DNA from: the human T2T-CHM13v2.0 reference genome, Homo sapiens
Length of the DNA: 64,000 nt
Assembly: GCF_009914755.1 (NCBI RefSeq)
Contig: NC_060927.1
Direction: 5' to 3' (one strand)
Position numbers and translations under genes: made by a program. Shown one piece after another: positions 26,434-39,833 of the stretch. Positions within the stretch are counted from its first letter, which is position 1. Each line of letters begins with the position of its first letter. The notes beneath the pieces are model-generated. The model searched no databases and was not told the DNA's origin. It saw nothing but the letters and a program-made list of their open reading frames with translations.

Positions 26434-28744
26434 AGGGCAATGTGCTACCAGGATTGCACTGACTGCAGAGGCAAAAACAGGGGTAGAAGATAGGAGTCGT
26501 GGGGGAATGCTGTCCCGTTCTTGTCCCCAGAGCCACACCTGCCAGGAATTTGGGATTGCAGCATGCTTTTCCACTGAGCAGAGATTCACCTTCTCCTAGA
26601 AGCTGCTGCTGACTGATCAAACCTGACATACAAAATGAAGCAAATATGTCATCCCTGGCTTACGGTGTTACTTTATAGGTACTCTAGATAGAGAATTCAC
26701 TCATTCCTTTGACAAATATTTAATGAACACATACTTGCTGGGTGCCAGGCACTCTTGTAGAGCCTAGAGATACAATAGTAAAGAAAACAGACATTTTTTG
26801 GGGAAACTAGTTGGGGAAATTAACAAAAAGAGAAATAAAGAAAATGCGCACCATATAGAAAATCATTTCCTAGGGAGGTAGGAGTCATGAAGCTAAGACA
26901 GAGAATGACAATTTCAAGTCTTGCAAAGACTCTCTCACAGAGGTGGATCCTCCTTGTTGGAAAAGGCTCTGGTACAAGCCAACCGAATCTGAGGAAATCA
27001 TAGCAGACGGCCAGGGGCTGAATCCTCCCTTTCTCATCTTGCCTTTTTATTTGCAATGCTAAGTTTTTATCCCGCTTGTGACCTGAGGATGTTGGTATAA
27101 TTGGCCTTCCCTGGAACTGGTCCTTTGCTGTGTCCACCTGATGGCCACTTTAGGTATTGGTCATCTTCATGCCTGGGGTCTCCTACGTCCCTCTCTTCTC
27201 GGTGGCCAGCTGGTTTTCAACTCTGTCTTCAGAGCAGCCACCTGGAAAAAGGCCCTTAGATTATAAAATACTCCCTCCTTCGCATTATTCCTCTGTCTCC
27301 AGCCCCCAGCAGAGTAGAAGCCGCTAGACTCAGCTGCCTCTGCCAGAGGATTCCCCCACAAAGCACAGGCTGTACATGGGAGTAAAATAATGATGTGTTG
27401 AAGGACTCCTTTCTACTCCTGCAAGGGAAGCCCTCAGTGCCAAATTGTTGACACTGCCTCATTCTCTCTGCCACACTGAATAAATATATTTAAAATGGGA
27501 TTCGTTTGTGAGTCCTTGGCTTGATTTATAATACATTTTCTATCCAGATATGTGCTGCTGTTTATCTCCACAAAATAAATATTAAAATTGCATTTGAACC
27601 TTATATTAAATTTATATTCATGCTATTACAATTTTATTTCTGTCAAGCGATATTCACTTTTCAGACATAAGGCAGAAATAAGAGCACATAGGCAAATAAA
27701 AGTAGTTTTTATTATTTCATTTTCTTCTAATTTTCTCCTTAACATGTTACTCAGGGCCTGCTCCTTTTCTCACACACAATCTATTTAGTAAATACTGGGG
27801 AGATGAATAGGAGCTCCTTGGTTTTTGCGGTGTATCTAGGTGAGCAGTTTCTATTAATAAAGTGTTTTCCATTACTTGAGACCCAGACAGCAGCGGTGGG
27901 TCTTTTGTCATGTGCAGTTGTTGGGTGTCCAGTGGTGTCAGAGGCCCACAGTTGGTAGAACATGGCTTTGGGCTTGTATTTCCAGTAGTAGGAATGGTTA
28001 CTGCCAATATCCACACACTCTTTAACGAGTTGCTCTTACAATGAATGGCCAGTGACACACATGTGTGGAATGGCTAAAGCTAGAGTCCAGCTTTGTGTCC
28101 AAAATGATGCTCCAGCCTGGTTATCATACTGTTCCTTAAAACCATCCCGCAGTGTCACACTTTAGCCCATGGCAGCAGTAATAATAATAATAACAATAAT
28201 AATGGTGAGTAGACATTATTATTTTTGAAAATTTGATCGTAGAAGTAGTGTGGGGAAAGGTAATAAAATTATTTGCAAATTGCAACAAGCTTCTATCTTT
28301 AAAAACGGACACTATTCTAACTTTAGGAGAATTCAGTAGTACAACTTTGGTATTCTTTTCTTTTTATTTTGCTCTACGAAATTGGATATTAATGATCTTT
28401 TTAAGAGAATTTGCTAATATAACCAAATTTCTTTTTTTTGGTATTTTTTTCTTTTTTTGTTCTACAAAATTGGATATTATGATCACTTTAATTTTTTCAT
28501 TCTAAAAGATGAAAAATTGTATATTGTTAAAGTGTGCATTTTCCTCTTTCATATTGATATTGAACATATTCAGTGATTAACTTTGGACAGTATGGTCCAA
28601 AAAGCTGGCTCTCCCTAAGGGTTGATTTTCACATTTTATTTGCTTGTTGTTTATTTAATGCAAGTAATTTAGTCAGAATAATGCCCAAAGAAGTAATGCT
28701 TCTTGCCTTTAGTGGGCTACTTGACAGCCTCTTGTGAATAATAA

Positions 28745-29000
28745 TAAAAACGAGGATGATCACAATTACTGTGTAATGAGTGCACAAGTACTATGATGAT
28801 CAATCAGTCCATGTGATTACTTCATTTCACCTTCACAGTAAACCTATGAGCTAGGCACTGTCATCATATCCATTTTACAGATGAGAAAACTGAGGTTGAG
28901 ATAAATTAACATGTTCAGAGTTGTCTTGGTGACTCAGTGGCAGAACTGAGATTTCGATGCAGATCTTTATCATTCCCATCTCAACATTCTCAACTCAGTA
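28745..29000 (-). mobile_element. MIR
   Basis: Core CCATTTTACAGATGAGAAAACTGAGGTTGAG. Confidence 0.8.
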
Positions 29001-29274
29001 TCCTTTATTCCCTGTAAGAAGATTTTACAAAATGCGGGAGATAAAGTTGATAAGAATTTTTAGCGGTTTCACCAAGAGTAGCCAAAGGACAGTAAGGTAA
29101 AAAGGAGAGTTAGGTTTCAGTTTAGGCTTACTCACTCACTACTTTTGTGTTCTCAAACAAGCAGCTTCACAGTTTGGGGTCCTAATATCCTCATCTAAAA
29201 AACAGGGCTAATGATTCCTAACTTGAATGAGATGATGGGAAAGCATTTTATAATTAAAGATACTCTGTGAATGG

Positions 29275-30330
29275 GCTTCATCAGCGTGCTGCAAATTCTC
29301 TCCTTGGTTCTATCTTATTCAATGTTTTCATTATCTTAAAGACATGTAGGTCATAATCAACAAATTTCTGACACACTCCTGGGAAGGATAACTAATTTGT
29401 TGAGTGAGGTAATCAGGACATATAATGATATCTGTAGGCTGAACTAACAGATTAAGTCCTTCAAGATAAAATGTAACCACTTTAGAAAGTCACATAAAAG
29501 ACAATGGTAGTCAGTTCATTCCAAACTAATGCCTAACACTGATTGAGCACTTACCATGTGCCAGGTACTATTTTAAGCTCTTTACATGAGTTATATAATT
29601 TGCACAGCAACTATCTGGAGTAGGCACTGGACATAGTCTCCCTTTACAGGTAAGAAAATTGAGTTGTAGAGAGACTTTTTTTCCCCAAAGTCACACAGCT
29701 GGTAAATGGAGGAGGCAGCCTATGAGCCCAGGCAGTTTGGCCTGTTTAATGCTACCCCATAGTGCATTGCTCAAAAAGCTAACGCAGTTTTTGGCCATGT
29801 CAATAGAAATATTGCATCCAGGTGAGAATTAATAAGAGTCTCAGTCAACATCCCTGTGGATATTCTACAAATTTTAAACTGTCATATCCAAGTATTGAGG
29901 AACCCTGACAAACCAGAGAGCAAATAGAAAAGGATCATCAGGATGATGTCATCTAAAGGGATGTCCGGGGGACATGAAAATGTCAAGATTGGAGTAGAGG
30001 ACATATGATGAGACAGCCGTCTTCAAATATTTACCATCTAGAAGTTAGAATTGGATTCCTGTGAACCCCAGAGAACAGCCCCAAGTGTTTGAATGGACAG
30101 TGGAGGGAGACAGTTTCTGTACAATACAAGTAAGACCTGCCTGAAGGTGAAATCTGCCCACCAGTAGAATGGACCTCTGCCAAAAAGTAAGCACCCAGTT
30201 ATAGAACATATTCAAGCTGAGAATGCTTCTGTGGCTTTCCATCAGGAAAGCTGAGCTGATGGGGAATTTCTACATTGGTGGAAAAATCCACTGGATGACT
30301 TCTAGTGTCCTTTCCAACTTTAAGATTCTA
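29275..30330 (+). mobile_element. L3/CR1 LINE remnant interrupted by a MIR (~29530-29765)
   Basis: TTATTCAATGTTTTCATTA...; AAAAGCTAACGCAGTTTTTGGCCATGTCAATAGAAATATTGCATCCAGG; GTCTTCAAATATTT; 3' end GTCCTTTCCAACTTTAAGATTCTA. Confidence 0.65.
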
Positions 30331-30429
30331 CTACTTCATTCATTAGGTATTGTGTCTCCTACTTTATCCTTAAACATAGATATTTGTCTTTAAGGTATCA
30401 CCAAAGGGTTAATGATTAACTGGATTTAA

Positions 30430-30885
30430 GGTTTGTATGTTTCACTGGTGAAGCAGCTATAGCTGCTTGGGTCAGGAGTGAACACCTAAACCAAGCCGAC
30501 TCAATCAGATTCTCTCTCTCAGAGTGTGGTACCAGTGGTCTTTCTGGAGCTAGGAGGTACCCGAGCTGTGAAGCTGGGGCAGCCACTTTCATGCTGTAGT
30601 GGGGAAACTGAAAACACCAATGGGCAAAAGAAAAGATAAAGCAAATGCAAATAAAGAATACAGAAACATGAAATCATATGATCCAAGGGAGGGAAAGAGA
30701 GAAAGTGAGAGGTGATGAGGTTGGCTATTTTGGTTCCCATTGGCTTGCAAATTCTAACTTCCTGTTCTCCAAGCTTGGCTGAACTTGCTGCTTCTGGGTT
30801 CAATGAGACAGCAGTGGATGCCCCAAGTTAGTTCTGTTTATTTTGCTTCAGTCTGAATAGGTTTCTATAATTTGCCACCCAAAGT
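30430..30885 (+). mobile_element. Old MLT1 (J/K/L-like) LTR
   Basis: GGTCAGGAGTGAACACCTAAACCAAGCCGACTCAATCAGATTCTCTCT...GGTTTCTATAATTTGCCACCCAAAG. Confidence 0.5.
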
Positions 30886-32689
30886 TTTTAACTTTGGACA
30901 ATTCTTTTTAGATAGAGTGACTCTTCTTTCTTTTGTATAAAAAAACTTACTTTTACTGTTGTCAATTGGCTGCTTAATAGTGGCAAGTCATTACAGGTAC
31001 ACATTTTGCCCCAAGATATAATGGTTATAATTAAGTGATTCAAAAGTACTTTAGTGCAGAAGGCCAGGGCTATCCAAATGTCAGACTAAATTATAAAGTG
31101 AGCAGAACTAAAATGCCACAGGATGTAACCATCCATAATTTATGAGTAGCAGAATCAGATCAGTCCATAAAATGAGCTGGAATAATTTTTTCATGGTTTC
31201 ATATGTTTTTATTAAAAGATATGATTCAGTAGCAGCGAAACACTGAAGATTAATAATGTTGCAAAAGAGTAAAGCATTCTTACCATATCCCTGGGACCCC
31301 CATGTTTTTGATGGTGTATTAGGGGAAATGTCATTAGGTGAGGCACTGCTTTATCAGCCTGTGGGAATCTGAGCCATGAATATTTTAGGTGGGACATCGG
31401 TTCTCAGGAGGCTCCCAGGCTGCTGTTTTTGCCGTGGAAGAAATCTCATGGGTCTCCCAGGAGAGATACCCTCTGAGATGTGGATGGTTAAGAGAAATCC
31501 TCATAGGCTCCTGGAGCTGTCTCCTGCTTGCCAAGAATAAATCCAAACTCAGGATTGTTTGGAATGGGCCTACGTGACAGAAACATTTGCAATCATGTCA
31601 CTGAAAATGTTTGTTTTGCTGGGTCTACATGGCAAATAGGATACAGATCAGTGAGCAAAGAAATGGTTTGCTGAGTGGGTTGGACATCACTGATGAAATG
31701 TTTGCTGGAAGTGTGTACCACGAGTCTTGCTTCGGCACCCCATCCAGGGGAGTTGCCTTGCTGCCTGGCAGCATTGCCAGCCTCAGCACTTATGAGACAT
31801 GAGCTGAAGTATTTGTCATCATTAAGGCTGTAGCTTGTTTTCTAGGAGTGTTAAACCTTCCAACCATATTGTAGCTCATGGAGTTTGACCCACATCTCTC
31901 TCAAAGTTTGGATCAGATACAGGGCAGCTATCCTTGACATTTATGGAATAGGTACGTTCCAGGGAATGGCCAGTAAAGTGCATTGTATAAAGTAAATCAC
32001 ATTTCCCCATTGATTTACTTTATAAAACTACAGACATACACTCTGGAAACAAATCCATTAAATGTTTGGTGAGGAGATAGCCTAGGTGGCCCCCATTGGA
32101 GTCTCTCAGTGGACTCCTCTAAATGTCATCATTGATGAATGCCTGCAGAAGATAGTTCACTCTTGGTGCCTTGATTTTCTTCTATGCAGTTTCCCTGCGC
32201 GAGGAAATTAGACACTGGACATCGGCTCTGTGCTCCACGTACTACAGGATTCTCTTCCCAGCTAGGAATATCCTTATGCTATACTCATGCTTTTAATCCC
32301 CTCTTTCACCTTTAATCTGCTGTACTCATGATTTTAATCCTTTTTTAATTATATCCTTTAACCAAGCTGGATATGATATCATACACAAGTTCAAATCTCC
32401 AAAAACATTATAGCTGCAATAATAGGATGCAAGTTGGGAACCCCAGTGTGTATACAGGCCCAAAAAATGCATTTGTTTTAAAATGAAGGAGCAACATGGG
32501 AAAATAACACCTGAGAGATATAGTTATAAATAACTAAATAAATCTCCCAGATTAAAATATACATATTCATGAGATGTTATGAATGAACTGAGGAAAAGTA
32601 AGTTAGAATGCACTAAAATAACAGTTTTCTCTCCACAAAATTACATAGAACAACATATTTACTTTTCAACACATTATTTTGAGTATAGG

Positions 32690-33052
32690 TGATATAGTTT
32701 GGCTGTGTCCTGATCCAAATCTCATCTTGAATTGTAGCTCCTATAATCCCCACATGTTGTGGGAGGGAGCTGGTGGGAGGTAATTGAATCATGGAGGTGG
32801 GTTTTTCTGTGCTGTTCTTGTGATGGTGAATAAGTCTTACCAGATTTGATGGTTTTATAAAGGGCAGTTCCCCTGCACACACTCTCTTGCCTGCCACCAT
32901 GTAAGATGTGCCTTTGGTCCTCCTTCACCTTCTGCCATGATTGTGAGAAATCCCCAGCCAGGTGGAGCTCTAAGTCCATTAAGCCTCTTTTTCTTTATAA
33001 ATTATCTAGTCTCGGGTATTGCTTCATAGCAGTATGACAATGGACTAATACA
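32690..33052 (+). mobile_element. THE1 (C/D-like) solo LTR
   Basis: TGATATAGTTTGGCTGTGTCC...AAATCTCATCTTGAATTGTAGCTCC...GGACTAATACA. Confidence 0.93.
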
Positions 33053-33310
33053 CTAGATAAACACGAGTCATTAATTGTCCTTTGATTAGTGAAATTGATC
33101 TTTTCTTCATGGTTGATTGGTGAGGGAGAGGGAAGTTGACCTGTTGAAGTTCGTGCTTGGAGCTTCTGTTTGGTTAGGAGCAGCAGCACAATGTTTCCTT
33201 GCCTGTGAGGGAAAGTGAATATTTTGAGGAGTGGGAAAAAAATAACTTTTGGTGTTAGCTAGATTCCTCAGAGCCATAATGCCTAGGTTTTCTTTGTTTT
33301 TCTGAATTTT

Positions 33311-33618
33311 ATTTTATTTTATTAATTTATTTATTTTTGAGACAGTCTCACCGTGGTGCCCAGGCTGGAGTGCAGTGGTGTGATCTCGGCTCACTGCAGC
33401 CTCTGCCTCCTGAATTCAAGTGATTCTCCTGCCTCAGCCTCCTGAGTAGCTGGGATTATAGGTGCCCACCACCACATCCAGCTAATTTTTGTATTTTTAG
33501 TAGAGATGGGGTTTTACCATGTTGGCCAGGCTGGTCTTAAACTCCTGACCTCAAGTGATCTGCCTGCCTTGGCCTCCCACAGTGCTGGGATTACAGGCAT
33601 GAGTCACCACACCCGGCC
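33311..33618 (-). mobile_element. AluSx-like
   Basis: Full Alu with (TTTA)n tail; 16-bp TSD TGTTTTTCTGAATTTT. Confidence 0.96.
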
Positions 33619-33934
33619 TGTTTTTCTGAATTTTAGTAAATGGCATTAGGGTTTGTTCAATTTCTCTATTATCAATTTTTATTATATATATATCTAGTGA
33701 GAATGATTTAATTTCTATAGTTACAGAGACTTAGCACTTCACAAACTTAGTTAAACTTGTTATAATGTACCTGGCTGTCCCCATGACTCTGTTTCCACTG
33801 CAGGTCATGTCATGTCCTGTGTGTATGGCACATAGTGGATTTCTCAGTGTAGAAAACGTCTATTGCTGTGCTCTTCTTGGTCTCGCTGTCAGCCCTGGGA
33901 CAAAGAGGTCCTTGGCCCCAAATTGTGCTTACTT

Positions 33935-34170
33935 TTCTAATAACAAACATTGCTTACATTTATTCAGGGCCCACCATGTGCCAGACACTGTGTTAAGCAC
34001 TTTGCTTGCATTATCTAATCAATTATCTAACCGACTTATTGCCATGTCACAGATGGAGAACCAAAGGTGAATTAGCACACACTCAAGCCTACACAGACAG
34101 TGGCACGAAGCCAGAAGCTAGAATGTGAAACCAAGTCAGTTCTTGCTAGGGCTCACGCTTATCATTCCTG
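33935..34170 (-). mobile_element. MIR
   Basis: CACCATGTGCCAGACACTGTGTTAAGCACTTT...CACAGATGGAGAACC. Confidence 0.65.
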
Positions 34171-34289
34171 TTTTCAACTACCTCTCTCTGATTGTCATTT
34201 TATTTAAACTACTTTTTAAAGATATGATTGACATACAGAAAGCTATACACATGTAATGTATACAGCCTGAATGAGTCTGGAGATAAATG

Positions 34290-34613
34290 CAGTTGGCCCT
34301 TTGTGTCTGTGGGTTCCACATCTGAGGATTCAACCAACTGCTGATCAAAAAGATTTTGGGAAATAAAGCCATCTGTACTGAACATGTACAGTTTTTTTCT
34401 TCTCAGTATTTCCTGAACAATACAGTATGACCACCGTTTACCTAGCATTGTGGCGTATTAGGTATTGTAAGTAATGCAGAGATGATTTAAAGTACATGAG
34501 AGGATATGCATTGGTTATACACAAATACTATGCCATTTTATATGAGGGACTTGGATTTTGGTATCCATGGGAGATCCTGGAACCAATCTCTTATGGATAC
34601 CAAGGGATAACTG
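34290..34613. mobile_element. MER2 (Tigger family) MITE
   Basis: CAGTTGGCCCTTTGTGTCTGTGGGTTCCACATCTGAGGATTCAACCAAC...GGATACCAAGGGATAACTG followed by TA. Confidence 0.85.
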
Positions 34614-34694
34614 TATACATGTGTGAAACTATCACCACAATCTATGCCGTAAACGTATCTAACACCTTCAAGAATTTCCTTCCTTCCACCCTTC

Positions 34695-34872
34695 TTATTA
34701 ATTTATTTTTATTTATTCATTTATTTATTTAGATCTTGTTCTGCCACCCAGGCTGGAGTACAATGGAGCAATCATAGATTACTGCAGCCTTGACCTCCTG
34801 GGCTCAAGTGATCCTCCCACCTCAGCCTCCCAAAGTTCTGGGAATACAGACATGAGCCACCATGTCCAGCTG
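34695..34872 (-). mobile_element. Alu monomer (FRAM/FAM-like or recombined AluJ)
   Basis: Single arm CCCAGGCTGGAGTACAATGG...CCTCCCAAAGTTCTGGGAATACAG with (TTTA)n tail. Confidence 0.85.
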
Positions 34873-36606
34873 CTCCTTATGTATTATTATTATTTTTATG
34901 TGTGTGTTAAAAATGCCTAACATAATATTTACTTTCTTAGAACATTTTTAGAATACAACAGAGTATTGTTAACTGTAGGCACTATGCTGTAGACCTCTAG
35001 ACCTTACTCATCTCATAAAACAGAAACACTGTGCCCTTTGACTACAAATTCCCTGCTCTCCACTACCAGCCCCTGGAAACCACCCACCATTCCACTCTTT
35101 GTTTCTGTGAGTTTGACTATTACTGACTCATCGCATGAGTGGTATCATGCAGTATATGTCTTTCTGCGTCTGGCTTATTTCACTTAGCATGATGTCCTCC
35201 AGGTTCATCCGCTATTGTCACAAATGGCAGGATATCCTTCTTTTAAAAAAACTGAATAATAGTCATTGTATGTATATACCACATTTTCTGTATCCATTCA
35301 TCAATGGACATTTAGGTTGTTTATGTGTCTTGGCTACTGTAAATAATGCTGCAGTGAACATGGGTGTGCGGATATCTGTTTAACGTACTGATTTCAGATG
35401 CTTTGGATGTATTTCAGAAGTGAGAGTGCAGGGTTATATGGTAATTCTACTTTTAGTTTTTGGAGGAATCTTCATACTGTTTTCCTTAGTGGCTACACCA
35501 ATTTACATTCTTACCAGCAGAGTTGGAGGATTCCCTTTTCTCCACATTCTTACCAACATTTTTTATTTGTTTTTTGGATAATAGCCATCCTGGTTTGGTT
35601 ACCATTTAATACCAGAGCTATTAGACTACCTACATCACATTAAAATGGGCACACTGCAAACTGTCAAAATAAGCTTTTGATCAAGAAGTTTGCTGAAAGA
35701 ATTTTGATAGAGTATAGACCTTAGCCAGGTTGAAGTTTCTGTGCTTCAAGAAACAAAGAACATTGTAGATTTTTTCCTTAAGAGACTTTATGATAAGCCT
35801 GTCATGTATCATTGACCTAAGTGAGGACAATTGCAACCCAGAGGGAAGCTTTTTTTTCTAGGATATTCTATAAATAACCTATTTGATTAATGGCTCTGTC
35901 CATGGAGAACAGGCGCCCACTTTATGGCTGAAGACAGGGATACAGCTCTCACCCTCACTTCCCACACGTTTGCCAAAGTGGCCCACTTACCTGGATCACC
36001 TACTTACTTTGATTTTTCATTTAACCTTTATATATCTCTGGAATTTAATTTATTCAGGGTGTATAACCTCAGCTCATGAGATGTTTTTGCCCAAAGCAGG
36101 ACAGAGGTATTCATTTCTCTCAGAAATAAATCTTGGTGACTATTGTACTGCAGTTTAAGGTATTTACAAGTCTTTGAGATAAACGCTCAATCAGAATATG
36201 GCAAGAAAAGTCATCTTTAGGCTCAGTGACCCTGTCACTATCATTACATCTCTCAGTTATCCAGTTCAGAGGATGGGGAAACTCTAGTGGGGCGACCTCA
36301 TGCCTCTATGTGATGCAGTAGTAACTCAACAGGCCAGATAAATAACCACCAGTTTGGGGCAGGAAAAATGGAAATTAAATTAATTTTTCTCTTCATTTCA
36401 AAAATTGGCTCTAGGAGCTTCAAGGAGATTTTTCCTTAGACAAAAGGGACTCTGTTCCCAATTTTGAGACAAGAACTCATCTATCTGAGACATGGTACAG
36501 AGTCTTCCTAACAGGATAATGGGCAGAGTTTACTTACTCAAAGGGTTTTCATTATATTGTTCGAGCCTAAAAGCTTTTTTTTAAAATTTTTTTTTTCAAG
36601 TACAGT

Positions 36607-37118
36607 GTTGTAGATTGCAAAAAGAAAAAAATATAGCCACAGATTCCTTTCATTCCTGTATACATCTACTTTTGCAATGTGAACTGGCTGCCCTTCCTGT
36701 CAAGAGTTGGAGTCATTCTCCCTATTCACTTGCATCTGACTGGCCTTGAGGCTTTTCGGACCAGCAGAGTGGGGCAGAAGTGGTGACATAGGAATTTCCC
36801 AGTCTAGGCTTCAGGAGGTCTTGCAGTTAATCTTCTCATGCTCTTGCTGTCCTGAGACCTCCATGTAAAGAGGCCTGGGCTAGCCTCCTTGAGGGTGAGG
36901 GACCACATGGAGCAGAGACATCCCAGCTTAGGCTCCACAAACCAGTCAGCCTGCCCACAGCCCATTCGTGTGAGTGAGACTGCCTGGGACTGCTAGCTCC
37001 AGTTGACCCACCAGCTGCTTGCAGAATCACCCAGTTAATCCACAGACTTGTGAGCAATGAGAAAATCAGTTTAAAGCTTTAATTTGGGTATGCTTTTATG
37101 CATGAATAGATAATGGTT
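36607..37118 (+). mobile_element. MLT1F/G-like LTR
   Basis: TGTTGTAGATTGCAAAA...CTTTTGCAATGTGAAC...CAAGAGTTGGAGTC...ATAGATAATGG. Confidence 0.75.
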
Positions 37119-37264
37119 ATATATAGGATCAGCCTATATGCATACAGACACTTTAAATATGTAAATGTATTTCTGGGTGGTGCAATTGTAGGTAATTTTG
37201 TTTTTTAAAAATTTTATATATTTTCTAATAAACATGCATAACTTTAATGTTAAGATTAATAATA

Positions 37265-37583
37265 GGCTGGGTGTGGGGGCTCATTCCTCTAATCCTGGCA
37301 CCTGGGGGGCTGAGGCAGGAGGATCACTTGAGCTCATGAGTTGGAGACTAGCTTGGGCAAAATAGTGGGAACTTGTCTCTAAGAAAAGTTAAAAAATTAG
37401 CTAGGTGGTGGCATGCACCTAGAGTCCCAGCTACTCAGGAGGCTGATGTGAGAGGATTGCTTGAGCCCAGGAGGTCAAGGCTGCAGTGAGCTATAATATG
37501 CCACTCCACTCCAGCCTAGGCAAGAGAGTGAGACCCAGTCTTTACATATATAATATATATATGATATATATATCATATATATA
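37265..37583 (+). mobile_element. AluJ whose tail is a (TA)n microsatellite
   Basis: GGATTGCTTGAGCCCAGGAGGTCAAGGCTGCAGTGAGCTAT; ATATAT tract at 37546-37583. Confidence 0.92.
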
Positions 37584-37673
37584 ATACTACTAATTTTATT
37601 AAAATGACCATTGCAAACAGCTAGTAAATGATTGAGCAACTCAGTCACTTTCCTTTAGGAGTCCCTAGAACAG

Positions 37674-38304
37674 TGTGTTCCGGCTATCAGTTGCTGTCTA
37701 ACAAACCACCCCAAATTTTAGTCACAGAAAACAACCATCTTATTATGCCCATGATTTTGTGGATCAGGAATTCAGACTGGACATAGTGAGAGCTCCTTGA
37801 TCACTGGGGTCTCAGCAGGGATACTCAATGGCAAGAGATGGCTGAGAGCTCCACTGGGGTCTTGTGCCCAGGACTTTGGTTCTGGCTGTAGATGAGTTCC
37901 TTGCTTTTACACCTTGTGTCTGGTGGAGCTTGAATGTTCAAGATGGCTTCTTCAGCCTCACTTCTGGTGCCTGGGCTGGGCTTGGTAGAAGATCTGGGGC
38001 TGACCAGGTACCTATCTCTTTCTTTTTCTCCTCATAGTTTTTTCATATGTCCAGCTTGAGCAGCAAGGCAGTCTCAGAGCAATTAGATTTCATATTTGGT
38101 GGCTGGCTTTACCCTGAGCAAATACTTCAAGAGGTGGAAGCTGCAAAGCTTCTTATGACCTATACTTGGAAGACCCATAATGTCATATTTGTTGGATTTA
38201 ATTAGTCAAGCAAGCCACTAAAGCCATCTCAAAATCAAGGACTTGAGCATTATTCCTAAATGAGAGTAGTAGCAAAAATATTATGGCAATCTTTAATCTA
38301 CCAC
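37674..38304 (-). mobile_element. MLT1 (F/G/H-like) LTR
   Basis: TTGCTGTCTAACAAACCACCCCAAATTTTAGT...GATTTTGTGGATCAGGAATTCAG...TCTTTAATCTACCACA. Confidence 0.8.
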
Positions 38305-38785
38305 AGTCTGCCCTCTGGCCACAAGTTATTTACCCATGTTCCACATGGAAAATACACTCACTGTTCTGTAAGGAATCTCCCTCACAAATCGCATCTTATT
38401 ACAACGATGGCTGTCAAGATTCTCCCTGTCAAAATCAGATCCAGGTATGGATGTGTCTCCTCACATGTGAATCTTTGAGTACAGCTCCTTGCATACAATT
38501 TTTTTTTGTTCTGAAGACCTGTGAACTACAGAAACAAACTATTTATATAATATCTCCACACATCCAATATTCAGTGGTAAAAAAGGTATTGTACAACCAC
38601 AGTAGACAATGCCATCCCAAAGGAGGGGAAAGAGTACATGGCAATCAGTTGTCCACAGCAATTCTGAAACCCAGCCAGGCACAGATTATCAATTCTGTCT
38701 TTTCTGGGGACAAGAACATTTCCTGACCAGGGCTCTGTGTTGCTTCCTGGAAATGACTCCTGCTCTAGAAATTCTTCCCATTACA
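38305..38785 (-). mobile_element. MLT1 internal (MaLR-int) remnant
   Basis: Directly abuts the LTR: GTCTGCCCTCTGGCCACAAG...AAAATACACTCAC. Confidence 0.55.
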
Positions 38786-38787
38786 TT

Positions 38788-38995
38788 AGCAGAGTGCAAA
38801 GAATCAGACCTCCCTGGGTTTGAATACTGACTCCATATTTACTAGCTATGTGACTCGGTGCAAGTTATTTCATGTCTCTGGGCCCCGGGTTCATTGTTTA
38901 TAAAAAGTGTATAATAATACCTCCTTATAATGTTATCGTGAACATTAAATGAGCTACTATATATACTTAACACAGCACCTGGCACTCAACAACTA
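38788..38995 (+). mobile_element. MIR
   Basis: GAATCAGACCTCCCTGGGTTTGAATACTGACTCC...TAGCTATGTGACTCGGTGCAAGTTA. Confidence 0.8.
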
Positions 38996-39773
38996 GTATT
39001 TTTCACCTGTCTGTGATGTTCTGTCAGTTTAGGCAGTGGCAAAATTGTCACTGGTCTTGAGAAGGCCACAGAAGCTTCCCCAAATAGATACTATAGTGGG
39101 GGAACCTCCTACAGAATTATTGAGCAGTGAATTGGGGCATTTCTTACAGAATTATTGAACAATGTACTTTTATCACAAAAAAGAAATTTGGAGAGAATCT
39201 AGTTCGTTCTGTTAACCCCCCAAAATACTGAAGCTTTTGGGAATTATCATGCTTGAGGTTGCTTACTGAATGCTGGTCTTCTGCCGCTAGCAGCAATGCT
39301 TGTTTCATGGTCTACAATGTGCAGCATCACTATATTCTTTCATTTCCCATAAACAGTTGTGAATGGAATTCCAAGTGCGGAAAATGGGATCAAAATTTGA
39401 TGCAAACTAGTGAAGATGTTTGACCTTTCCATCTGGCTCAGAGCGGAGCAGTTGTTCAGGTTTAGTAGCCTCAAGCAATTACCTGAGATCTTAAGATTAG
39501 CATGTTATGATAAGAAGATGTAATATTTCATGTTAACAACTGAGTGGGGAAAGGGAAGCATACATACCGCATTAGTGTGGTTTCTTCATATAAATGTGTG
39601 GTAACACAACCCTACTCAAAAAGGCATTAGATGTGATCCCAAGCACAATGTTTGGATCGCTATACCAAGTGATTTAAAGAGATTCCACTGCTCACATAAA
39701 TACACACTCATGGATAATAACGGAAATCAGAAAACTGAAAAATGTATTACAAGTTTAATTCTGATTAGTTTTG

Positions 39774-39774
<1 letters not shown>

Positions 39775-39807
<33 letters not shown>

Positions 39808-39830
39808 TTTTTTTTTCCCCATATATATAT
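39775..39830. repeat. Compound microsatellite (TG)n-Tn-C4-(AT)n
   Basis: Read directly; forms the left flank of the templated insertion. Confidence 0.9.
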
Positions 39831-39833
39831 AAC

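Larger units (their letters stand above)
34198..35592 (-). mobile_element. L1MA/L1MB 3' region, interrupted by MER2 and an Alu monomer
   Basis: GTCTGGCTTATTTCACTTAGCATGATGTCCTCCAGGTTCATCC; ATGGACATTTAGGTTG; CCAATTTACATTC. Confidence 0.85.

Noticed and set aside
27138-27241. Possible minus-strand exon (acceptor CCTTTTTCCAG|GTGGCT)
   Set aside because: Weak donor (CAG|GTGGAC), no recognisable peptide, no supporting neighbouring exons
31389-31490. Possible plus-strand exon after TATTTTAG
   Set aside because: Short pyrimidine tract and poor donor
38283-38726. 147-aa ORF
   Set aside because: Antisense within an MLT1 internal remnant; no protein similarity recognised
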